A stretch of 63,149 nucleotides of DNA, filler included, from Octopus bimaculoides (Eukaryota), in NCBI RefSeq assembly GCF_001194135.2. It is 3 parts of 3 records of this genome, joined end to end, with 100 filler letters (N's around TTAATTAATTAA, not from the genome) between each part and the next. Parts side by side here need not be neighbours in the genome. Positions count along the whole stretch, not along the records: positions 41,830 to 63,149 come from NC_068997.1; 2 more parts are not named here. One strand, given 5' to 3'. The number at the start of each line of letters is the position of its first letter. Position 1 is the first letter of the stretch. The position numbers were made by a program, and so were the translations under genes. The notes below the pieces were generated by a model. It saw only the letters and a program-made list of their open reading frames with translations, had not been told where the DNA came from and did not search any database. This document shows positions 46,651-59,833 of this stretch, one piece after another.

Positions 46651-49175
46651 TAATACAAATGTTATTAATAGGGCAAGCTAGCGGAATACTTATCTCGTCG
46701 GAAAAAATATTTGGAAGCAGTTCTCTCGTTCTTAAGATTCCGAGGTCACTTTTACCTATCATACTTTCAGGGTCTTTAAAATAAAGGACCAATCCTACAC
46801 TGGAACCAGTGTAATCAATAAAACGCCAGTCCCTTTAAAGATGGCGCTAACCATGAGCCTGAANNNNNNNNNNNNNNNNNNNNNNNNNNNNNNNNNNNNN
46901 NNNNNNNNNNNNNNNNNNNNNNNNNNNNNNNNNNNNNNNNNNNNNNNNNNNNNNNNNNNNNNNNNNNNNNNNNNNNNNNNNNNNNNNNNNNNNNNNNNNN
47001 NNNNNNNNNNNNNNNNNNNNNNNNNNNNNNNNNNNNNNNNNNNNNNNNNNNNNNNNNNNNNNNNNNNNNNNNNNNNNNNNNNNNNNNNNNNNNNNNNNNN
47101 NNNNNNNNNNNNNNNNNNNNNNNNNNNNNNNNNNNNNNNNNNNNNNNNNNNNNNNNNNNNNNNNNNNNNNNNNNNNNNNNNNNNNNNNNNNNNNNNNNNN
47201 NNNNNNNNNNNNNNNNNNNNNNNNNNNNNNNNNNNNNNNNNNNNNNNNNNNNNNNNNNNNNNNNNNNNNNNNNNNNNNNNNNNNNNNNNNNNNNNNNNNN
47301 NNNNNNNNNNNNNNNNNNNNNNNNNNNNNNNNNNNNNNNNNNNNNNNNNNNNNNNNNNNNNNNNNNNNNNNNNNNNNNNNNNNNNNNNNNNNNNNNNNNN
47401 NNNNNNNNNNNNNNNNNNNNNNNNNNNNNNNNNNNNNNNNNNNNNNNNNNTATATATATATATATATATATGTATGTATATGTAGTATATGTATATATAT
47501 CATAATCGCCTAAAGACAAACACACTGTCGTATGTAGATTCATAAATTAGAGAAGAACAACAAAGTGTATATAGAAAATATATACATATTTTGACGTAGA
47601 TAGGAATCAACACACAAACACAGCCTTGTATATGTACGTGTGTGTGTGTGCGTGTGTGTCTATATATATGTATGCATATATGTATATATATATATATGTA
47701 TGTGTGTTTGTATATATATATATATATACATACATACATAAACACATAATATATATGTATATATATACGTATACATGTATATATACATGCGTATATATAT
47801 GTATATATGTATTTATATATATGTTTATATCAATATATATATATATGTGTATGTGTATGTATGTATTTATGTATATCTGTGTGTGTGTGTAAGAAGGGAG
47901 GGGGAAAATAAATCGGGAAAAGTAAAGATCTTTACTTAAACCGAATTTTTTTTTTAGTTACTATTGTTATTATTATTATCATCATCATTATTATTATTGC
48001 TTCAAGTCTCGCAGGTGAATGAACGTCTCGGTGCTTTATTTATATATTAATTACAAGGAAGTTCGTAGAGAATCGACTACGGAGGATTGTATCGGAGTTG
48101 TAGGATTATGGGGTCATGCGTAGCTCTTCCCCACCCCACCCCCTGTTCACCTTTAAGACTGAAACCTGAAGGCTTAGGGTTTAATTTTACTACATTCAAA
48201 ATAACGTAAACATTACACGAAATGTATGCAGAAGTAGCTTGTTCGATACTTTATCAATCCCGTCAATCAACCACTTAGATACATTGCTTGAAATATAATA
48301 ACCGTTATGGCCACGACTGGATGCCTGTCGACCTTGAGGTGTGTTCATGCTTTAGATTAAACTGCAGCATTGACTACAAATGACGGCGAAATGGCAGAAG
48401 CGTTTAGGTATCAGAACCGATTCCTTATGATATATATACCGGCTTCAATTTTCGCCGAACCCAAGTTTATTATTTTTTTTAATGGTTTTGTGATCGATAA
48501 ATAAAATACGTGTAGAAGGTGGTGTTTGGAAAGAAACGTTGAAACGTCGAACAGATTGCCTCGCAATAATAGTGTTCTGCGTTCTAATCTCTTGTTTGCC
48601 CATACTGGAGTTCATGCTGGTGCAAGCAGGAGGGCCAGATACTTCCCCGCTCTCATCCTCCCTGGACCCCACTCATGTAGTTTCTGGGGGAAGACTGTAA
48701 CCACTGCACTCTCTGCCCTGAATAAGCAACGGAAAAATGAAATAAGAGAAAATAAATCAGCAACGATTCTAGGCGTACACAAGTCCTTAGAAAGAGTCCT
48801 CCATGTCGACACTGATCGCAAAGTATTCCATATGATAAGCTGCTAAATGTCAGAATACACAGTATGGTACTAATCTTGGTCTCATCACGAAAGATTTGGG
48901 GTCAATCGCTCTGCAAATCCCATTTATTCTTTTGAGGGGTGCCTCGAATCATCGACGTTGATTCTAAGATTGTTGGTTACAAGTCAGAACTGATTCAGCT
49001 GATCTGCGACCGAAGATGTCCCAGATATGACCAGCCTGAAGTTTTATATATCTTATATTATTAGCTTATTGCTTATTGTTTTATCATTATCGTTTTTTTT
49101 TTGTTTTTGTGTTTTCTTTTTAAGAATACCAAATACAATGTGAGCATGGTGGTTCAGTGGATGAATGGTTTAGAG

Positions 49176-49520
49176 CAGGGGTCACCAAGCTACGGCCCGC
49201 GGGCTGGATCTGTGCCGTGAGGTCAGTTCATCCGGCCCGCTGCTGCACTGTATCTTTTGTGCGAGTACTTGCAATGAGAGTTCATTCCTGCAGAGATTGT
49301 GTTTTAACTCGCATTGTCGTGTTTAAACATTCTCTTCATTAGAATGAATCTGTCACTCGCATAAGTTACAAAATAGTGCATAAGATGGCAGAGCAAGGAA
49401 AACCGTTTACTGACGACAACTTCATCAATGAGTGTATGATGGAGGCAGCAAATCGACCAAAGAAGGTCGATTTGCTCGGAAGTATCAGCCATTCAGCAAG
49501 TTCAGTTGTGCAGAGAACAG
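49176..49520 (+). mobile_element. hAT (Charlie/SPIN-like) 5' end fused to a transposase fragment
   Basis: Terminus CAGGGGTCACCAAGCTACGGCCCGCGGGC. 49352 onward reads VTRISYKIVHKMAEQGKPFTDDNFINECMMEAA...LLGSISHSASSVVQR (the KPFTDGEFIKEC block). Confidence 0.82.
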
Positions 49521-49611
49521 AAGTTCGAGAGAACAGAAGTTCGAGAGAACATAGTGCTAGAACATAGTGCTAGAACGTAGTGTTAGAACATAGTGCTAGA
49601 ACATAGTGCTA
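49513..49611. repeat. 16-bp duplication (GAGAACAGAAGTTCGA x2) followed by 13-bp array (GAACATAGTGCTA x5)
   Basis: Units at 49513 and 49529, then 49547, 49560, 49573, 49586 and 49599. Confidence 0.92.
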
Positions 49612-50388
49612 GAATATTGTACTTGCAGATCTAAAATCGAATTCCACTCGATATTGTGCGTAGCTCGGTGATCAGAGAGGCGCTTCAAGTTGAGTCACTA
49701 CTCTTTCGAATTGAGCGATCACAGCTATTCAGTGTTGAACTAAGGTTAAAGGTCAGACTGATATATAAAATATAAACAAGATTGTCACAACAGGAGCACC
49801 ATTAACCATGAGTCTGCTTGGTTAAGGCTAACCCAGGGCTAAGTAGAAAGCCAACCAAAAATGACCCCTGCATATACTAGAAACTGGAGGGTACAATAAA
49901 AGAGAAATAAAATGCTGGTGGTGGTGGTGGTGGGGAGTCAGGGAGAAAGACAGAGAGAGAAAGGGAGAGTAACAATCAGACAAATACACAAATAGTCAAA
50001 TAAAAGGGTATAGATTGATAAGTCATGCAGGCGACACGAACCTTTTGTCCTGCTATGCAATCTAAAACGAAGATTCGTCTCTATTCGTTTATTTATTCAT
50101 CTATTCAGTAATTCTCAAGTTATTCAGATATTCTTGTTCTGCATTGAATCGCTTGACTCACAAACACACNNNNNNNNNNNNNNNNNNNNNNNNNNNNNNN
50201 NNNNNNNNNNNNNNNNNNNNNNNNNNNNNNNNNNNNNNNNNNNNNNNNNNNNNNNNNNNNNNNNNNNNNNNNNNNNNNNNNNNNNNNNNNNNNNNNNNNN
50301 NNNNNNNNNNNNNNNNNNNNNNNNNNNNNNNNNNNNNNNNNNNNNNNNNNNNNNNNNNNNNNNNNNNNNNNNNNNNNNNNNNNNNNNN

Positions 50389-50421
<33 letters not shown>

Positions 50422-52201
50422 CTGTGTATATATATATATACACACATAGTGGGAGAGAGCTAGTGAAAAGAAGAATGAAAACAAGGCGAAAGAAAGCAGA
50501 TTGTTTTGACAAGGGCGTGTATATCGACACTTTTTCAACACGTCAGTACCACGTCCCAACCAACCAGCCAGCCAACCTCCTTAGATATAATAAATGAAGG
50601 AAATGTAAAGAAACAAGAGAAAGAAAAATAAAAACAGCAAAGAAGAAAATTGGAGTAGAGCTTGTAAAATGTTAATGCCATTTTGTTAAAGTTGCTATGC
50701 GTATTTTTTTGTCTTCCCCTCTTATCCTTTCGTTGTTGTTTTTTTTTTTCAATGGGGTTGGAGGTTTCTCATTTTACCAAGTGTACCGAAAAACTTTTCC
50801 TCCTTCCTCTCCAAATACCCTTCTACAGTCGCTACAAAATGCATCCGATTTCTTCCCGTCAGTCCAGCCAATCCATTAATTCATGTATACGCGTCTGTCT
50901 TTCCATGCCTCCATCTAGACATACGTCCAATCAACCATCTTGCTATAGATCTATTCACACATATGCGCATACATACATAGAGACGACCAGGCGGCCTGAG
51001 TGACTGATGGACAAACAGACAGACAGGTAGGTGCCTAAAGCAGAGGTTTTCAGAAAAGGAAATCAACCAGTTAACATGCGCAATAGAAATACAATCAACA
51101 CAAAATGTAAGGGGAGCAGTAAAAATATGCAAGACCTTTGTCAAGTTTAAAATGTGATGTTTCCTACGTTCTGGTGATAGAGCTTTATATCCTTGTTACA
51201 AACGAACTCCTTCCTTATAAGAAGACTACAACTAATTAAGAAGAGAGCATACATACATACATACATACATACATACATACATACATACATACATACATAC
51301 ATGCATGCATGTATGCGTACGTGCGTGCGTACATTTGGAATGATTGGAATTTAACTTGAAAATGGTTTGAAGTGGCTGTCTACGCAGATGTTCACATCTC
51401 TTTGCATTCTGTAGTGTGAAGGTATGCGTATGCACGCACACGCACAGGTGTATGTGTGTATGTGTGTGTGCGTGTGTGTATGTAATTCTGTTATCTAATG
51501 ACGAGCATGCGTATTAATGGAATCATATTATCATAATATATATTTATATACACGCATATATATATATACATATATATATATAAATAATTATATATGTATA
51601 CACATGTATATAAATCTATATATATATATATATATATGTATATACTGATATATATATTGATATACACACACACATATATATACACACACATCTGTGTGTG
51701 TACATATAACATTGAAATCATTTTCTTTGATGTCATTGAACGCTATTATACGTGGCTGAGAAGGGTTAAAGCTATTTCCTTCAAACGTTCAATTCGATAT
51801 TGTCTGCAGTTTTTCATCGCAATATACTGCAGTCAAAGGTTAGGTTATTTAACAGAGGAAAAAAAAAATAAAAAGGAAAGTATTTTGTTCTCAGATAAAA
51901 ATTTTCATCAAAGAGTAACAGTCTGTTCTTGGCCATTTTAAATGTAATTATAGCTATTTTTAGCATTTATATTAGTTGTTGAACGTACATACGTATATGT
52001 CTGTATATACGAAAACCGGTGTAAGTGAATGGATGTTTGTGCGTGTATATAGATCGTTTTTAAGAATATAGAAACTGCGAGACGCGTGGAATTATTTGTT
52101 TTCAAGTGTGGAACTCGAAGTAAATGAAGCTATAAATAATAGACTGGTTTAAAAATACCTTGGATGCAAAAAGCCTTCGCGTGTGTTTGTGTATGTTTGT
52201 T

Positions 52202-52245
<44 letters not shown>

Positions 52246-52542
52246 GTTATGTGTGTCCTTGTGTGCACATATTCACTGGTGTGTTTCCTTCTATGTTGAT
52301 GCACATATTCAACTTTGCATTTCGCTGAAAATTAAAATGTTCATGCCTTAGAATTTCAGACGGCCACACAGACACACACACAAAACATACCACACAAACG
52401 TACTTATGTGTGTGTGGAGAGAGAGTGAGAGAGAGAAAGACAAATAAATAGATAAATAGATATTGTATGTGTGTGTGTGTAACGATTCGTGCATAACTCG
52501 CACTGTTATTTTCCTTCTCTCTAGACTTCTACCTCTTTCCTC

Positions 52543-52575
52543 TTTCTGACGAAGATCTATGTTCGAAACGTCAGA
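52543..52575 (+). ncRNA. Minimal hammerhead ribozyme motif, slightly decayed
   Basis: UUU-CUGACGA-A-GAUC[UAU]GUUC-GAAAC-GUC-AGA: core intact, one stem II mismatch, short stem I. Confidence 0.55.
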
Positions 52576-52680
52576 TCCCTTTCCCGCCCCCATCTTAAAC
52601 TTTCTCTAGATTCAATCTAATACATTCACTCTGTATGTCCCCTTGGCTTTTATAGTTCTTCCTGCTTTTATTATAGACTT

Positions 52681-52745
<65 letters not shown>

Positions 52746-53212
52746 CATAACCTAACCATGCATTTTATAGAGAAGGAGTGAATGTTACGAATTTTCTTGT
52801 TTCAATTCTAGAGCCTTTTCCTGCATTCGGATAATTGAAACTGTGTTTAACTTATATTTTCATTTCAATAGTTCTATTTTAGCTCTCCACTTGGAAAGTC
52901 TCTCCTACTTGTTTGCACTTGAATATTTATCCCACCCCGAAACACACACAATGTGTGGGCGTGTGCAGGCATAACATAACATTTATGGGTGGGCGTGTGT
53001 TAGTTATTAGGGAGAAGCAATATCTCAGTGGTTATATTTATATTTAATACAGTTTAAAAACCGATAAATCAATTTAATTTAACACTATGACAAAGCTAAT
53101 ATACCATTTCAGTGACGGATTGTTGCCTAGGAAGCTTTTACAGATATATACGTTTATGAATGAGTTTATTTGAGTCACACATCTATTATTGCATATGTAT
53201 GCATGCATATAC

Positions 53213-53247
<35 letters not shown>

Positions 53248-53488
53248 NNNNNNNNNNNNNNNNNNNNNNNNNNNNNNNNNNNNNNNNNNNNNNNNNNNNN
53301 NNNNNNNNNNNNNNNNNNNNNNNNNNNNNNNNNNNNNNNNNNNNNNNNNNNNNNNNNNNNNNNNNNNNNNNNNNNNNNNNNNNNNNNNNNNNNNNNNNNN
53401 NNNNNNNNNNNNNNNNNNNNNNNNNNNNNNNNNNNNNNNNNNNNNNNNNNNNNNNNNNNNNNNNNNNNGTGTGTTTCTATCCATATGC

Positions 53489-53495
53489 ATGTCTG

Positions 53496-53566
<71 letters not shown>

Positions 53567-53585
53567 ATCTATCTATCTATCTATA

Positions 53586-53645
<60 letters not shown>
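53489..53645. repeat. (TATC)n tetranucleotide microsatellite
   Basis: Direct reading. Confidence 0.96.
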
Positions 53646-53689
53646 GAGACATATATTCGTGCGGATGTTTAATGAAAGAAAGAATCTTT

Positions 53690-53778
53690 TCTACTCTAGG
53701 CACAAGACCCGAAATTTTGGGGGGAGGGGCTAGTTGATTAGATCGACCTCCGTACGCGACTGGTACTTGATTTATCGT
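53690..53778 (-). mobile_element. SINE A tail type 2 fragment
   Basis: ttttctactctaggcacaagacccgaaattttgggggaggggctagttgattagatcgacc. Confidence 0.85.
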
Positions 53779-56700
53779 TAATGAAAGAATGTGAGATAAT
53801 AAAACAGAGACGGAACAAAGGAGCAGAAAAGTTGATGGAAATGAATAAGCAACATTTAGTTCATTCTCTCAGTTGTTTTTTGTTTTTTTTTAAGGCAAAG
53901 AGCTGAAGTGAAAATCGAACATATAGTGCGCGTGTGTATTTGGCAAGGAAAGAAAAAGAGCAACATTATTGAATGTATATGCAACGTCAACATATATTCA
54001 AATGCCTGCAAATGACTGAAATTTGTCCGTGTCTTTCTTTGTATGTTTACAGAAAGAGAAAGACTAAGAGAAGTGAGAAAGAGATGCACACGCACAAACA
54101 AACGCGCACATACACGCACACACACACGCACGCACGCACGCACGCACATAATATGCATGTGGGTGGAAATATGCAAAATCTGTTAAATGTGTTAAGTCAT
54201 GTGTAATTAAACAATTAGACCATTAAATCATTAAATCATTATTCTTACTTCACGCTGTGTTCTAAGCGGCCCACTGGGGAAACTCTGTGGGTCAAAAGCC
54301 AGGGGTGATGCATAAATAGGCTAACATGTGATTTAAAGTAAAAATATGTATTTATATAAATACCAGCTGTGTTTGCAGGTAAACTGTGGAGTCAGCATGT
54401 TATCATAAATAGTTTATAAGTAGTTAATATTTTCTTAAATCGCTGACAGAATATATAGTGTTAGTCGTTTGATATTCGTAAGGTAGGACGACAAAGAGAA
54501 GGGTCAAGAAAGACGTGGTTCTTGGCACTCCCAGATTCAATTGCACATTGGTGCGATGCATGGGTATGACGCAAATCCATGTCTCCAAGAACAAAGAAGT
54601 AATAATGCAGAAGATATATTAGCTTAGAGGGAATTATAAATCAACTTAGAGAAGTATTTACCACATGATGTATATATGCAGCTATAACTTACTTTGATGT
54701 TGTTGGTTTACTTTATTTTCTCATATAACAGAGTTGGTGGAATTTGTGAATATTAGCGAAAATGTTACATTGTAGTTAGTGAAAAGTCACTTTCACATAC
54801 GGAATGGTTATAATTGCTTATGACTTTGAACAGATTCCTACTTAACCAGCGAAGATTCGGGGCTAGACAACCAAAATACTTAGACATTTTTAAAAACCAC
54901 TTCTAAATATGTTTATTCGGCTTCACATAGTAAATACTGGTTCGAAATAAACACGTTTTTCGTTCCTGAGTGTGGAAATCTTTGCTAATTAGTGAAAGGT
55001 GGTTATTGCCACATGCATTTCAACAAGAAAAGCAAAGAGAAAGAGAGATGATTTGTTAGGAATGGGGATTCGGCGCGTAATACTGTTAGATCAAATGGGA
55101 AAAATCCGTTTTATCGTAGTTGAAAAAGATAACGAAGCAGTGTATGTGTATCATCGATGTTTAATTCCTGTTAATCAGTAAATCTTAACCAATCAAATGA
55201 ATGGCTTTCTTTCACCTCTGTGATAGTAACATTTGAAGAAATTACAAAAAGAAGATAACATTACAAGTTAATGAGGAATTTCTACGTGGCCGTTCACTGC
55301 GCTAAAAATAGAACGAAGTTCTCTATCGATTTGCACTCTTCTGTCTTCAAAAAGAATGGCCACATTGGATAATGTGATCTTGGGTACGCTATGTCAGTAA
55401 AAGTACGGCACAAATACTGTATAGCTGGCCACGACTTTGATCATAGTTCTACTTAATCAGGACAGTTCTGTAGCTAAACAATGACAATATCCAATATCGG
55501 GTTACGTTTGTTTTATAATTATGTTTCAGCATGGTTGTTCTCTTTAAGAATTACCGTACAGTTTCAAAGAGGTTTCCTTCAGAATCTCCACTTTCTCAGT
55601 TGTGTAAGTCCTTTCATCTATTTTCTACAGATACGTATGAGTTGCCGATGTAATGGTGCAGTCGGATGTAAAATCTGTCCAAGTCTAATATGATCTGATA
55701 ACTCTTTATTGTTTACTTTTTCTATGGTGTTTTGCAGTAGATATTGCCTCAGGCTAAGTGTGCTCTGCATAGATATATAATTCCTTGTTTTTCTTTCAGT
55801 TTACTTTTTATTTTGTGTGGGAAATTTAATTGTCACCATTACATTGTGGGTGTACTTGAAATTTTACTGTAACTTATACACTGGCGTTCTATTACGTGAT
55901 TATAAATCTTATAGCGCGTACACAGCGGTAACTTACTTTGATGTTGTTTCAAAAAAAAACAAAAAAAAACTGGAGGAATTTGAGAACATTAGATTTTTGT
56001 TTTTTCTTTTTTCACTGAAATTTCAACAATTCATAATGAAGATTTTAAAAACGCTTTTTTTCTTCTTATTTTGCTGTAGTATATTATTTACTGTGTAAAA
56101 TGAATATCTAAATTTTCGGTTGAAAATTAATGCTTGTTGATGGCTTTCTGTTGATGTTTTGTCAGTTCCTGCTTTGGGGAGGTGGGAGGCATGTATAATT
56201 CTATAAGTACATATGTCATGGTGATGAGATAGTAGCTCAAATCTAGAAATATATATGTATGGCGTGTAAGTTTGATTTTCTAGACTAATGTCTTTGTGCG
56301 TTTGTGTGTGTGTGTGTGAGTATGTGTATANNNNNNNNNNNNNNNNNNNNNNNNNNNNNNNNNNNNNNNNNNNNNNNNNNNNNNNNNNNNNNNNNNNNNN
56401 NNNNNNNNNNNNNNNNNNNNNNNNNNNNNNNNNNNNNNNNNNNNNNNNNNNNNNNNNNNNNNNNNNNNNNNNNNNNNNNNNNNNNNNNNNNNNNNNNNNN
56501 NNNNNNNNNNNNNNNNNNNNNNNNNNNNNNNNNNNNNNNNNNNNNNNNNNNNNNNNNNNNNNNNNNNNNNNNNNNNNNNNNNNNNNNNNNNNNNNNNNNN
56601 NNNNNNNNNNNNNNNNNNNNNNNNNNNNNNNNNNNNNNNNNNNNNNNNNNNNNNNNNNNNNNNNNNNNNNNNNNNNNNNNNNNNNNNNNNNNNNNNNNNN

Positions 56701-57289
56701 NNNNNNNNNNNNNNNNNNNNNNNNNNNNNNNNNNNNNNNNNNNNNNNNNNNNNNNNNNNNNNNNNNNNNNNNNNNNNNNNNNNNNNNNNNNNNNNNNNNN
56801 NNNNNNNNNNNNNNNNNNNNNNNNNNNNNNNNNNNNNNNNNNNNNNNNNNNNNNNNNNNNNNNNNNNNNNNNNNNNNNNNNNNNNNNNNNNNNNNNNNNN
56901 NNNNNNNNNNNNNNNNNNNNNNNNNNNNNNNNNNNNNNNNNNNNNNNNNNNNNNNNNNNNNNNNNNNNNNNNNNNNNNNNNNNNNNNNNNNNNNNNNNNN
57001 NNNNNNNNNNNNNNNNNNNNNNNNNNNNNNNNNNNNNNNNNNNNNNNNNNNNNNNNNNNNNNNNNNNNNNNNNNNNNNNNNNNNNNNNNNNNNNNNNNNN
57101 NNNNNNNNNNNNNNNNNNNNNNNNNNNNNNNNNNNNNNNNNNNNNNNNNNNNNNNNNNNNNNNNNNNNNNNNNNNNNNNNNNNNNNNNNNNNNNNNNNNN
57201 NNNNNNNNNNNNNNNNNNNNNNNNNNNNNNNNNNNNNNNNNAAGCATTTTGCATCAAAAATTCTTCTAACTAACCACTTTACATTTAAT

Positions 57290-57920
57290 CTGTTCTACTA
57301 TAGACACGAGGCTTGAAATTTCATGGAGAGAAGCAAATCAATTGCATCAAGCCCAGTCCTCAAAGCCTGCTCCGGCGGAATTTGAACGCAAAACTGACGT
57401 AAAGACAGATGAGATGCTATTAGGCGTTTTACCCTATACCAGCCTAAGCATTTTACGCTTGTACCAGCTCAACGCCTTATAAAGTAGTCTTTTTTAATTT
57501 TTATTAAAGACACAAGGACTGAAATTTGGTGGGATGGCATTAATCGATTACATTGACTCCAGTGTTTCACTCGTACTTAATTTATCGACTTTGAAAGGAT
57601 GAAAGGCAAAGTCGACATTGGCGAAATTTGAACGCAGTACGCAGCGACAGGCGAAATATTGTTAAGCATTTGGTTCAGCGTGCTAACGATTCTTATTTCT
57701 TTACTGCTCACAAGGGGCTACAGACAGAGGGGACAAATATGAACAAACAAATGGATTAAGTCAATTATATCGACCCCAGTGCGTAACTGATACTTATTTA
57801 ATCGATCCGGAAAGGATGAAAGGCAAAGTCGACATCGGCAGAATTTGAACTCAGAACGTAGCGCCAGACGAAATACCTCTAAGCATTTCGCCCGGCGTCC
57901 TAACGATTCTACCAGCTTAC
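57290..57920 (-). mobile_element. Three head-to-tail SINE A copies (~57290-57480, 57505-57692, 57695-57920)
   Basis: Each has gaatttgaac and aagcattt motifs; the last carries tail type 1. Confidence 0.82.
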
Positions 57921-58286
57921 AGCCCTTTACGCCTTATAGAAAGTAATGAATACGCAAGTATATCTATCTGCGTCTGTGTGCGTACGTGTGTAGGGCAATG
58001 CGAATAAAACCAACAAGAGGTGTATATAATACGCTTGAGATACGTATAAAGGCCATAAATTAATTAAAGACGCATGGATTTTAATGAAAATAGACCGCTC
58101 TCCCTTTAACATTGGGGAGAAAGCCTGTGGCAGATACGCGTGAGCCTGTGTCAACTTGTGTGTGTGTGTGTGCGTGTGTGTGCGTGTGTGTATGTGTGCA
58201 TGTACGTACGTACGTACGTATATATGTATGTTTGTATGTATGCACGCGTGCGTGTATGTGTTTATTTATTTACATATTACACATTC

Positions 58287-58317
<31 letters not shown>

Positions 58318-59214
58318 TAATATTATTATTATTATTATTATTATAATTACTATTATTATTATTATTATTATTATTATNNNNNNNNNNNNNNNNNNNNNNN
58401 NNNNNNNNNNNNNNNNNNNNNNNNNNNNNNNNNNNNNNNNNNNNNNNNNNNNNNNNNNNNNNNNNNNNNNNNNNNNNNNNNNNNNNNNNNNNNNNNNNNN
58501 NNNNNNNNNNNNNNNNNNNNNNNNNNNNNNNNNNNNNNNNNNNNNNNNNNNNNNNNNNNNNNNNNNNNNNNNNNNNNNNNNNNNNNNNNNNNNNNNNNNN
58601 NNNNNNNNNNNNNNNNNNNNNNNNNNNNNNNNNNNNNNNNNNNNNNNNNNNNNNNNNNNNNNNNNNNNNNNNNNNNNNNNNNNNNNNNNNNNNNNNNNNN
58701 NNNNNNNNNNNNNNNNNNNNNNNNNNNNNNNNNNNNNNNNNNNNNNNNNNNNNNNNNNNNNNNNNNNNNNNNNNNNNNNNNNNNNNNNNNNNNNNNNNNN
58801 NNNNNNNNNNNNNNNNNNNNNNNNNNNNNNNNNNNNNNNNNNNNNNNNNNNNNNNNNNNNNNNNNNNNNNNNNNNNNNNNNNNNNNNNNNNNNNNNNNNN
58901 NNNNNNNNNNNNNNNNNNNNNNNNNNNNNNNNNNNNNNNNNNNNNNNNNNNNNNNNNNNNNNNNNNNNNNNNNNNNNNNNNNNNNNNNNNNNNNNNNNNN
59001 NNNNNNNNNNNNNNNNNNNNNNNNNNNNNNNNNNNNNNNNNNNNNNNNNNNNNNNNNNNNNNNNNNNNNNNNNNNNNNNNNNNNNNNNNNNNNNNNNNNN
59101 NNNNNNNNNNNNNNNNNNNNNNNNNNNNNNNNNNNNNNNNNNNNNNNNNNNNNNNNNNNNNNNNNNNNNNNNNNNNNNNNNNNNNNNNNNNNNNNNNNNN
59201 NNNNNNNNNNNNNN

Positions 59215-59310
59215 CTTTTACTTGTTTCAGTCATTTGACTGCAGCCATGCTGGAGCACTGCCTTTAGTCGAGCAAATCGACCCCAGGACTTATTCTTTGT
59301 AAGCCCAGTA
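59215..59310 (-). mobile_element. SINE family B tail end
   Basis: ctttacttgtttcagtcatttgactgcagccatgctggagcactgcctttagtcgagc. Confidence 0.88.
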
Positions 59311-59487
59311 CTTTTTGTTTCGGTCTCTTTCTGGAGTCTACTTTCACGTCCAGTTTCACACTTGTAACTGCCTCTTCCAAAGAATATTGCAAAAGACATA
59401 ATGAGAAACATTACTACTCCCACACCCACTATTGCTGCTGCTACTACTACTACTACTATTACTACTACTACTACTGCTAGAAGGTGA

Positions 59488-59664
59488 AACACTGGTCTGG
59501 TTCAGGAATTTAGTATTCATAATGCCACCTGGAATATAACACCAGCAGTTTCCAAGGAACGGAATTTGGTCGGCTCCACTGATCTTTGTAAAAGAGTGAT
59601 TTATGTTGAATATGTTAATGATGGCGACGCCATTCAACAATCAAACTGCACTGATTGTATGTAA
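59488..59664 (+). pseudogene. 58-codon open frame: either a decayed Mutator-like transposase piece or an unassigned exon
   Basis: NTGLVQEFSIHNATWNITPAVSKERNLVGSTDLCKRVIYVEYVNDGDAIQQSNCTDCM*. YVEYVNDGDA resembles the Y..Y.GDGDS motif. Usable cag| (59505) and |gtatgt (59657) sites exist. Confidence 0.3.
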
Positions 59665-59770
59665 CACTACATTAAATGGTGGTGTTTTCTCTTCTGTCTC
59701 TGCGTGCGTCCGTGTTTTTGTATGTGTATCTCTGTACCTATCTCCATGTGTGCAAAGACGAATATGTGCA

Positions 59771-59833
<63 letters not shown>

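Noticed and set aside
48445-48846. Overlapping 69-106 aa ORFs in a GC-richer island
   Set aside because: No recognisable domain and no consistent splice sites; ORFs are open on both strands.
54483-54625. Protein-like frame DDKEKGQERRGSWHSQIQLHIG...
   Set aside because: About 46 codons with a weak acceptor and no homology recognised; within chance expectation.
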